A DNA stretch of 64,000 nt. It comes from an uncultured Alphaproteobacteria bacterium. GTDB lineage: Bacteria > Pseudomonadota > Alphaproteobacteria > RF32 > CAG-239. A program made the position numbers and the translations under genes. The stretch's first letter is position 1. Each line of letters starts with the position of its first letter. The notes under the pieces were generated by a model that was given only the letters and a program-made list of their open reading frames with translations, was not told where the DNA came from and made no database searches. The stretch lies in NCBI GenBank assembly GCA_944390455.1, contig CALXPU010000003.1:5099-69098 (forward strand), written 5' to 3'. This document shows, piece after piece, positions 57,043-64,000 of the stretch.

Positions 57043-57189
57043 TTACCTTCTCCTATAAAGTTCATTTCCCATTTTATTTTTGCCATCTGGAACATCCACA
57101 CGGCAATTATAGCCATACTTCAAAATCAGTATAAGCAACTCCCTAAACAGCCATAATGGAATTTTTATCGGTATAAGTATCTTATTCAT
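57043..57189 (-). CDS. Small ORF after cro (48 aa)
   Basis: ATG overlaps the cro 3' end; translated by hand as MNKILIPIKIPLWLFRELL... Confidence 0.35.
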   Translation of the reverse strand: MNKILIPIKIPLWLFRELLILILKYGYNCRVDVPDGKNKMGNELYRRR

Positions 57190-57385
57190 TTTTACTTTCC
57201 ACATTATAGAAATCATTTGCTGTAACTTCCCCTTTTGTATAGGCTACAATTTTAGCCATCGTTTCAGGGCGGGGAATTTTATTTTCATTGACATAACGTC
57301 TAATATATTCATACGGCAAATTTAAATCATTCGCCATTTGTTGAATAGATATATGCTTTGTATCCAAAAATATTTTTAGTTTCAT
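57182..57385 (-). CDS. Cro-like repressor
   Basis: HTH with IPRPE.M.KI...T.GEVTANDF; GGAGG RBS; divergent from cI. Confidence 0.85.
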   Translation of the reverse strand: MKLKIFLDTKHISIQQMANDLNLPYEYIRRYVNENKIPRPETMAKIVAYTKGEVTANDFYNVESKNE

Positions 57386-57404
57386 TATAAACCTCCTAAA
57401 AGAC

Positions 57405-57472
57405 AAGTTACACATCTAAAGTGTTAGTGTCAACACTTATTTTGTGTTTTACAATAACACTTTTTTTGTGCA
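57405..57472. promoter_or_regulatory. OR-like region with three operators and a PR-like promoter
   Basis: ACAC-N7-GTG(T) at 57410, 57433 and 57457; minus-strand TTGACA-N17-TAACTT. Confidence 0.8.
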
Positions 57473-57503
57473 TAATAATAAGAGGATGTATTAGGAGAAA
57501 AAA

Positions 57504-57950
57504 ATGAATAAAATCAAAGAACGTAGAGAGGCTTTAGGGCTATCACAAGCCGCCTTAGGTGAAAAAATAGGTTGTTCACAACAACATATTCAACGTTTAG
57601 AAAATGGTGGAGAAATAACTCCAGATAAAATACTATCGCTTTCTAAAACTCTTAATATTCCCATATCAGATCTTATTTCTAATAATCTAAAAAAAATCAT
57701 TTCAGCCTTATCTGAATGTCCTGTAAAATCATCTAATGATGTTTTTTTATCTGAAAATAAATTTATAGAGATAATCTCAACAGCTTTTGATGTATTTTAT
57801 GAATGTATGTCTGAAAATCATAAGGATATTAAAAATATTGGACTAAAGATGGCAGAAATTTGTTTAAGTGCCACAAAAGTTGATACAACAGATAGAAAAG
57901 GACAAATTAAAGGAATGGTTGTAAACCTTACACAAAAAAAAGCCGTATAA
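57504..57950 (+). CDS. CI-like XRE repressor (no S24 peptidase domain seen)
   Basis: IKERREALGLSQAALGEKIGCSQQHIQRLENG. Confidence 0.85.
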   Translation: MNKIKERREALGLSQAALGEKIGCSQQHIQRLENGGEITPDKILSLSKTLNIPISDLISNNLKKIISALSECPVKSSNDVFLSENKFIEIISTAFDVFYECMSENHKDIKNIGLKMAEICLSATKVDTTDRKGQIKGMVVNLTQKKAV

Positions 57951-57998
57951 CCAAAATATATATACAGAATTGTATACTAGAACTTTTTTAGGAGAATT

Positions 57999-58187
57999 AT
58001 GATGAAAAAAATATTTTTGATTTTATTGTTTACATGCTTTTTTACAGAACAAAATATGTGCCTTTTCCCTCAATTTGATACATTACAAAGACAAGGATGT
58101 TGTTCATGGCACGGTGGGGTTTGTGGTTGTGTTGGTGGAAGAGCTAAATGCTGTGATGGAACTTTAAGTCCTAGTTGTGGATGCTAA
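57999..58187 (+). CDS. Small exported Cys-rich peptide
   Basis: Signal-like N-terminus; GCCSWHGGVCGC..CCDGT.SPSCGC. Confidence 0.75.
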   Translation: MMKKIFLILLFTCFFTEQNMCLFPQFDTLQRQGCCSWHGGVCGCVGGRAKCCDGTLSPSCGC

Positions 58188-58189
58188 AT

Positions 58190-58678
58190 ATGAAAAAAAT
58201 ATTATTATTCTTGTTAATATTTCCATCGTCATCTTATTCAAGTGCTTTGGTATCCGATAATAAATCTTTATTTGTAGAAGATATGGCTTCACAATGTGCT
58301 AAAATACAATATCAACTTGAATACTATCCAATATATCATTCTGAAAAACCTATTCAATATACTTATAATGATTTGCAAAATTGCCTAAATATATATCAAC
58401 AACAAGGAGGCCGAATGGACTTGTATCTGAGTATCTATCAAAAAGCCCAAAATGCGGCTTACTACGGATACCAAAAATGTTTAGATGATACATTAAAGAA
58501 AAAAAATGGCCTATCTTTCCTATGTTCACTTTTTCATGAATTGCATTATGAACTTACAATAACTTTTATATGTTGCCCAGAAGTACATAAAGGTTACGAA
58601 ATTAACGTTGATAACTTTTCATATTTTAGTGAAAAATGTATGCAACAATGTCATGGAGAATGTATATGCTATAAATAA
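58190..58678 (+). CDS. Exported Cys-rich hypothetical protein
   Basis: Signal peptide MKKILLFLLIFPSSSYSSA; multiple Cys. Confidence 0.65.
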   Translation: MKKILLFLLIFPSSSYSSALVSDNKSLFVEDMASQCAKIQYQLEYYPIYHSEKPIQYTYNDLQNCLNIYQQQGGRMDLYLSIYQKAQNAAYYGYQKCLDDTLKKKNGLSFLCSLFHELHYELTITFICCPEVHKGYEINVDNFSYFSEKCMQQCHGECICYK

Positions 58679-58882
58679 CTATATTTTTAATTGCACTACT
58701 TGGCTAAAAAACTTGACTGATAAAAAATTATTAAATAAATTATTGACGAGCTTAGAAAACTCAATCACAATATGCCGCTTGGCGGAGTCTGTGTAATAGA
58801 TTGAATAAGCAGGCACTAATTGTGAGGTGTTTCTAGCTCCGCCGCCTTTGCGCCAAAGGCTTCCCTAGAAAGGAATCACATT

Positions 58883-58993
58883 ATGGACGAGGAAGTATTA
58901 AAAAAAACCCTCACTTTCATCGCAGAAAAACTTGATGAAGTTACGAAAATTCTTCATCAACTATTAGATGAAAAAGATAAGCCCCTGAATTAA
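58883..58993 (+). CDS. 36-aa amphipathic peptide behind a structured leader
   Basis: AAAGGA RBS; MDEEVLKKTLTFIAEKLDEVTKILHQLLDEKDKPLN; promoter TTGACG-N17-CACAAT at 58743-58771. Confidence 0.55.
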   Translation: MDEEVLKKTLTFIAEKLDEVTKILHQLLDEKDKPLN

Positions 58994-59005
58994 GGGGCTT
59001 TTTTT
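58979..59005 (+). terminator. Rho-independent terminator
   Basis: AAGCCCCT-GAATTA-AGGGGCTT plus T run. Confidence 0.85.
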
Positions 59006-59027
59006 ATTTATGCACAAAATATCATGC

Positions 59028-59071
59028 AACACATTTTTTGTGTTGACTTTAACACATTATAAGTGTATAAA
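59028..59071 (+). promoter_or_regulatory. OL/PL-like promoter with two operators
   Basis: AACAC-N7-GTGT at 59028 and 59051, overlapping TTGACT-N17-TATAAA. Confidence 0.8.
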
Positions 59072-59079
59072 ATCCTCAG

Positions 59080-59329
59080 ACATTTGAACAATGCGTTTTT
59101 TTCAAATGTTAGGAAAGGGTTGTTGTTTGTTCTACGCTACTTCGTCCCTTTCCTTTTTCGGGGGAAGTCCGCACGTAATCCTTTAAACATTCTTCCCCCT
59201 CCTTCGGGAGAGTGCTTTTTTACACTTTAGCTATATGACTCCGGCAGAGCCTGCGAAAAGTCTAAAAAATATAAGCAAGCCAAACTCTCCCACTTTGGGA
59301 GGGTATCCATCCGACCTATTGCCCTCCCA
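59080..59329 (+). ncRNA. Structured PL leader with five tandem stem-loops
   Basis: Five 8-9 bp perfect stems, directly readable in the sequence. Confidence 0.55.
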
Positions 59330-59354
59330 CCTTAACTTTTTTTAGGAGATAAAA

Positions 59355-59696
59355 ATGTCAGAATGTAATGAAAAACAAGAAAAGAAAAAAATAATAGATG
59401 CAAAAATCGCAGAGTTAAAAGAATTATGCCCGACTTTATTAGTTTTAGCAACTTTTTATAAAGAAGATAAAAAAATTCCAGCTATTGCGGTATCATCAGG
59501 AAGAATGTTGGAAATTGTTGGGTTGATTAAGTGTTTTCTCGATCTCCACCCAGAAGCAAAAATAGCTATGGCTTTAATAGATAATGTTAAATATACCGTA
59601 GAAAAAAAAGGAGAATGCGGAAGATGTCTCCAAAAAATAATCCCCCGAAAAAAGAGAAAACTATTGAAAACAGTCTTAACGAACTTCAATGTTTGA
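59355..59696 (+). CDS. Phage early hypothetical protein
   Basis: AGGAG RBS; first gene after the PL leader. Confidence 0.6.
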   Translation: MSECNEKQEKKKIIDAKIAELKELCPTLLVLATFYKEDKKIPAIAVSSGRMLEIVGLIKCFLDLHPEAKIAMALIDNVKYTVEKKGECGRCLQKIIPRKKRKLLKTVLTNFNV

Positions 59697-59881
59697 TGCT
59701 GCTTAATCTCAAAGAAATTCAAAAAAGTTATGAAATGATTGAAACCATTTGGCGGCTTCAAGAGAAATACCACGCAAAAATCAGAAGAATAGACAGTAAA
59801 CAAATCAACTTCCACCAATGGCTATTTAATATTTTAATAGCTGTGTATGTGGTTTTAGCATTATTAAGGTTGTATATCTGA
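59615..59881 (+). CDS. Hypothetical protein with C-terminal TM anchor
   Basis: GGAG RBS, hydrophobic C-terminus, TGATG coupling to the next gene. Confidence 0.5.
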   Translation: MRKMSPKNNPPKKEKTIENSLNELQCLMLLNLKEIQKSYEMIETIWRLQEKYHAKIRRIDSKQINFHQWLFNILIAVYVVLALLRLYI

Positions 59882-61320
59882 TGACACCAATAGAAGAAAA
59901 ATTAGACCGGCTATATCCTAAACTTCGTGTGGGTAGAAAATGCGCAAACCCAAACTGTTCTCGTGATGCCGTGCATGTACACCACATTGTGCGAAGAAAT
60001 GTTGATTTACTACGCTACGATGTAAACAACTTGCTTCCTCTTTGTGAAGAATGCCATCGCAAAATACATGATGAAGGTATGTTTAATCGCGGCTTAGATT
60101 TTGTGGATGAAGCTAAACGCCAATATCTTATGCGCTTAAAAAATGTTGACTTTAAGCAATATCTTTTGGAGCTGAATATTACAAAAGATGATTTTTTTGC
60201 GGCAAAAGAACGAGACATATTAAAGCATATCGGCAAGACCGAGTATAAGCAAAATACCGAAGAATGGCTAGACCAAAAAAATTATGGAATAGGCGCAAGC
60301 GAAATAGCATCCGTGGTTAAGAGTTTTGTTCCGCAAAAAGAGCTTATTGAAACAATGGGAGAAAAACCGGCATTAAACTTCTTAAGTGAAAATCTATTTT
60401 CAACCGGTTACCAAGTGTACCACAAAATTAAACGTGGTTATCGCATGGAGCCTTTGCCTGATGAATTATCAATCTATGGACACGCCATGGAAAAATATAT
60501 TGATTGGCTATTTAGAGATGACGTTAATTTTTGCTTTAGTGGTACTGACGACTTTATCAAACGCCCGGACATTTCAAAATATGCGGTTTGCTCGCCTGAT
60601 GGTTACGCAGAAAGCATGAATTTAAGTTTTGTTGATATAAACTTAAAAACTCATACATGCAAGCACCTGGTTTGGGAAAAGAAAACGGTAAACCCATTTA
60701 AGGCCGCGCGCGAAAATATCTTTTATAACGGCTTGCCATGGCAATATATATTCCAACTTCAATATCAAATGAAACTTTGTAATACAGAAGCCGGTATTAT
60801 ATCATCCATGGTTTTGGAACAAGACACCCCATTTAACCGGGGCCGCATAGTTAGCTTAGTTGAACAAGGTTTGTTTGATGAAATCCAGCGTTTGTTTGAA
60901 ATAAGAACCGATAATTTTATCTACGGAATTATTCCAGAAATTCAAATGGTGATTGATAAGGCGTTATTCTACTTTGAAAAAGCTATTGATGAAAACCGTA
61001 TTCCAGAGATTAACGATAAATGTGCCAGATTGGCCGAAAATGATTTTAAGATTTATCAAGCCGTTTATAAAGCTAATCCGGATGCGCGCAAACTTGCAAC
61101 CGCTCAAGAAGAATTTGAAGGTAAGCCGCTATGTGATTTTGTTAATGATTACATTTGGCTAAATGGCGTTATCAAAGACAATAACGAGCAAGATAAATTA
61201 AATAAGACACTTTTGAAAAAATACATGTACGACAACAAACTTTGCGAACTTTACACGCTTGACGGCGGATCAATCCGTTTGTCTGCGAGTGGCGCATTAT
61301 TGACAAAGGCGATACAATGA
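59881..61320 (+). CDS. HNH (NinG-like) domain fused to a YqaJ/lambda-exonuclease domain
   Basis: C...C..HVHHI..NL..LCEECH..IH; GIGASEIA, SPDG, E.K, Y..QLQ.QM. Confidence 0.8.
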   Translation: MTPIEEKLDRLYPKLRVGRKCANPNCSRDAVHVHHIVRRNVDLLRYDVNNLLPLCEECHRKIHDEGMFNRGLDFVDEAKRQYLMRLKNVDFKQYLLELNITKDDFFAAKERDILKHIGKTEYKQNTEEWLDQKNYGIGASEIASVVKSFVPQKELIETMGEKPALNFLSENLFSTGYQVYHKIKRGYRMEPLPDELSIYGHAMEKYIDWLFRDDVNFCFSGTDDFIKRPDISKYAVCSPDGYAESMNLSFVDINLKTHTCKHLVWEKKTVNPFKAARENIFYNGLPWQYIFQLQYQMKLCNTEAGIISSMVLEQDTPFNRGRIVSLVEQGLFDEIQRLFEIRTDNFIYGIIPEIQMVIDKALFYFEKAIDENRIPEINDKCARLAENDFKIYQAVYKANPDARKLATAQEEFEGKPLCDFVNDYIWLNGVIKDNNEQDKLNKTLLKKYMYDNKLCELYTLDGGSIRLSASGALLTKAIQ

Positions 61321-61814
61321 CAAATGAGATTTATAAACCAGTAGTCGGATATGAGGGGCTTTATGAAGTATCTAATATAGGTAATATAAAAAGTCTATAC
61401 TTAAAAGGTAAAAGAAGAGATAAAATATTAAAACCACAAGCAAATATTAGAGATTCATATTTTCAAGTTATTTTACATAAAGACGGCATAAAAAGAAAAT
61501 ATCCCGTCCATAGACTTGTTGCTAAAGCATTTCTTCCACCTATTGATGATAAGCCGTTCGTGAATCACATTGATAGTAATAAACAAAATAATAATGTTGA
61601 AAATCTCGAATGGTGTAACAACCAAGAAAATATTATTCATTCCTTTAAGAGTGGATTACGAAAAGTTACAAAGATTAGAGATGTTGATACAGGAGAAATT
61701 TTTTTAGGATATGAAAAAGCAGGAAAATCAATAAATGCAACTGCTTGTGCCATAAGAATTGCCTTGATTAACAATAGAACAGTTAAAAAACATAAATTTG
61801 AAAGGGTTTTATAA
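61317..61814 (+). CDS. NUMOD4-HNH homing endonuclease
   Basis: GYEGLYEVSN.G.IKS, VHRLVAKAF, VNHIDSNK.NN...NLEW. Confidence 0.92.
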   Translation: MTNEIYKPVVGYEGLYEVSNIGNIKSLYLKGKRRDKILKPQANIRDSYFQVILHKDGIKRKYPVHRLVAKAFLPPIDDKPFVNHIDSNKQNNNVENLEWCNNQENIIHSFKSGLRKVTKIRDVDTGEIFLGYEKAGKSINATACAIRIALINNRTVKKHKFERVL

Positions 61815-62695
61815 TGAACGAATTAGATATAAAGGACACTACACAGAGTGAAATTATCTTAAAGTTTTTTGACAATAATGGTATAATTAAATATTTTACC
61901 GAAACATTTTCCTTTCCAGAAGCCTATGTTAAAAAAAATGCCGTTAATTTTGCCTTAAAAGTTAAAAACCTAGACGCTCAAAATAAAGATGGCAAACTTT
62001 TACAACAATGCTCTCCACAATCAAAGGAACAAGCTTTTGTAAATCTTCTATCTTGGGATATTCCATCTGATAATAGAGATTTTTATTATTTATACAATGT
62101 AAATGGAAATATGAAAATAGAATTATCTTACAAGGGATTGATATATATTGCATCAAAAAATGGTATTGAATTAAGAGGAGATTTAGTTTTTGAGGGTGAT
62201 GAGCTTGAAACAAAAGAGACCTCAAATGGAGATACTTACGAAATTAAACGTAAAAATATATTTGGCAGAAAGAAAATAGATGGAGCTTTTGTATATGCTC
62301 GTTTTACCAACAATATATCAACCCCTAAACTATACTTATATTCTTTTGAAGAACTAGAAGCATCACGACAAGCAGGCGTGAGAAAAATGTTTAATAAAGA
62401 GAGTCCGGCTTGGAAATCATTTCCTAATTCAATGTATCTTAAATGCGCTTTTCGTAAGGCTTTAGGAATAATATTGTCAAGTAATGTTAATAATGTTCCT
62501 AATATTTTACTTGATGACGAGATGCAGGAACCTATCTCCTCGCCTGCTCCCGTCTCCTCCCTAAAGACGGCAGATTTTGCCAGCCAAAGTTTTGATATGG
62601 ATGAAGCTGAAAAAGTTGACGAAGATTTTAAGCAACAGCAGTTTGCTGAACTTCAAAAACAATTTGATTGTAGGAATATAAACGATGAAATGTAA
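61814..62695 (+). CDS. recT: RecT-family single-strand annealing protein
   Basis: L..C.P.S, YKGLI.IA, V.EGD, SPAW.....MY.K.A.R.AL. Confidence 0.8.
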   Translation: MNELDIKDTTQSEIILKFFDNNGIIKYFTETFSFPEAYVKKNAVNFALKVKNLDAQNKDGKLLQQCSPQSKEQAFVNLLSWDIPSDNRDFYYLYNVNGNMKIELSYKGLIYIASKNGIELRGDLVFEGDELETKETSNGDTYEIKRKNIFGRKKIDGAFVYARFTNNISTPKLYLYSFEELEASRQAGVRKMFNKESPAWKSFPNSMYLKCAFRKALGIILSSNVNNVPNILLDDEMQEPISSPAPVSSLKTADFASQSFDMDEAEKVDEDFKQQQFAELQKQFDCRNINDEM

Positions 62696-63014
62696 GTGGT
62701 GTGGAAAAGAATTTACGCCTAAATCCTATAACAATGTTTATTGTTCAAAGGATTGTTACGACGAAGGTAATCGCCGTAATGGATTAAGTGATATAGTATA
62801 TGAGCGAACTTGTCCCGTGTGCTTAAGCAAATTCAAAACTCAATATAAAAGAAAAGTTTTTTGTTGCGCTGATTGCGCCGATGAGTACCGAGATATTGCC
62901 GCAGATATTTTACTTAAACGCCGTCCGGTTATTCGCAATATGCTTCTTAAAGTTAAAGCAGATCCATCTATTGACATAGATAATCTTCTGAGAAAGGAGT
63001 ACCCAAAGATATGA
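62685..63014 (+). CDS. Tandem Zn-finger phage protein
   Basis: Two CxxC..F....(Y/F)C..C units. Confidence 0.65.
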   Translation: MKCKWCGKEFTPKSYNNVYCSKDCYDEGNRRNGLSDIVYERTCPVCLSKFKTQYKRKVFCCADCADEYRDIAADILLKRRPVIRNMLLKVKADPSIDIDNLLRKEYPKI

Positions 63015-63331
63015 CAAACGCGTGGAAAAATATGAACACGGCGGATTTATACGGAGCCCTTTCCGCCCCTAATCCTCAAAAAGCGATGGATGAATTGTTA
63101 CGAGCAAAGCGAGCCATGGTGTTAGGAGCTAATCGCAAGAGGGTTAAAGTCGGGCAAAAAGTTATGAATGAATTTCACCGCCGACTTATGAATTATATTG
63201 AGGAATATAAAGAAGAATACGGACCAAACTATCGTGAAGAGCTTAAAGATCTTCCTAACATTTGGGAATTTTTTGAAGACGATGAATTTAAGGGGCTAAT
63301 CAAAGAGTATATGGAGTGGTGCTATGACTAA
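63011..63331 (+). CDS. Phage hypothetical protein
   Basis: AGGAG RBS, ATGA overlap. Confidence 0.6.
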   Translation: MTNAWKNMNTADLYGALSAPNPQKAMDELLRAKRAMVLGANRKRVKVGQKVMNEFHRRLMNYIEEYKEEYGPNYREELKDLPNIWEFFEDDEFKGLIKEYMEWCYD

Positions 63332-63494
63332 AATTTTGAACAAAATAATAATGTTTCTTGCGGGAATAATAGTTGCTTACTGTTTGGCTAATTTATACCA
63401 CCTAACATCAAAAAATCTCGTTTTAGAAAATTACCTTCTTGAAAATGAAATCAACGACTATATTGCCGCCAAATTGGAGCAACGTCATGAATGA
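63324..63494 (+). CDS. Small membrane-anchored protein (56 aa)
   Basis: Translated by hand as MTKILNKIIMFLAGIIVAYCLANL...; overlaps both neighbours. Confidence 0.45.
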   Translation: MTKILNKIIMFLAGIIVAYCLANLYHLTSKNLVLENYLLENEINDYIAAKLEQRHE

Positions 63495-63774
63495 TATTGA
63501 TGAAATTTTGGCTTGGCATAAACAAACATTTCCTGAATTTAGCTCGAGAAATCAAGAGACAAAATTAAATGAGGAAATTGGAGAATACCACGCCGCCATA
63601 GATACAGTGATTGAGACTGGTTTGCAATCAGACCTTGAGAAAGTAAGGGAAGAATTGGCAGACGTAATTATCGCCGCTATTAACATGATGCGCTATCCAG
63701 AAATTCAAACACTTGTAAAGGATAAAATGGCAATCAACCTTAAAAGGACTTGGAAAGATGGGCGCCACAACTGA
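63487..63774 (+). CDS. MazG-like nucleotide pyrophosphohydrolase
   Basis: W...TF, KLNEEIGE, EELADVII, KM.IN..R.W. Confidence 0.8.
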   Translation: MNDIDEILAWHKQTFPEFSSRNQETKLNEEIGEYHAAIDTVIETGLQSDLEKVREELADVIIAAINMMRYPEIQTLVKDKMAINLKRTWKDGRHN

Positions 63775-64000
63775 TTACAAAGAGAAATATCTTAAAAGTT
63801 TTTTCAAATGGCAAAACAGCTACGAAAACGCTTGCCAAAAGATAAAAGAACTTGAAGAAAAGCTGGAGATTGCCATTAAGGCTTTGAAATGGATTGAAGA
63901 ACAAGCCGACACCTCAACACAATATGACTATGACGCAGAGGCTATTCTTAAAAATATCGTATTTGACGCACAGCAAGCATTAAAGGAGATGAATTTATGA
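63758..64000 (+). CDS. Phage coiled-coil hypothetical protein
   Basis: LEIAIKAL..I...A.QAL pattern common in phage early genes. Confidence 0.55.
   Translation: MGATTDYKEKYLKSFFKWQNSYENACQKIKELEEKLEIAIKALKWIEEQADTSTQYDYDAEAILKNIVFDAQQALKEMNL

Larger units (their letters stand above)
23050..64000. mobile_element. Temperate prophage: BPP-1/epsilon15-like podovirus structural genes with lambdoid control; extends beyond the window
   Basis: Contiguous lysis, tail, capsid, portal, terminase, replication, cro/cI and recombination genes abutting the tRNA 3' end; left boundary approximate. Confidence 0.95.

Noticed and set aside
23050-64000. Stop-codon recoding in the prophage
   Set aside because: Genes are long and intact under the standard code, and TAG, TGA and TAA all end well-defined genes

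Overview
Low-GC bacterial chromosome, most likely an alphaproteobacterium. The stand-alone rpsD and single lolC/E-lolD pair are alpha-type; a gut RF32-like lineage is only a guess. Bases 1-23077 are host genes: GT-C glycosyltransferase, PfkB-like protein, mlaEFD-pqiC-like operon, lolCE/lolD, rpsD, EamA, peptidase C26, PMM-type HAD, UPF0149, nitroreductase, a MORN-repeat protein, cca and tRNA-Lys(CTT). From about 23050 to the window end lies a temperate prophage next to the tRNA 3' end. It has BPP-1/epsilon15-like podovirus morphogenesis genes and a lysis cassette on the minus strand, a lambda-like cro/cI switch with five ACAC-N7-GTGT-type operators, and replication and recombination modules. 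The integrase and far att site are not in the window. The most striking feature is a ~460 bp non-coding array of about 14 different short palindromes just inside the prophage end. From memory they resemble the in-gene palindromes of RhuM-, DinD-, Bro-N- and KilA-N-type DNA-binding proteins, so this is a candidate multi-operator decoy array. Other highlights are a five-hairpin leader RNA, a structured leader that hides the RBS of a 36-aa ORF, a split and insert-bearing tail nozzle gene, a polyvalent injected protein, and SD-less host orphan genes sharing a start motif.
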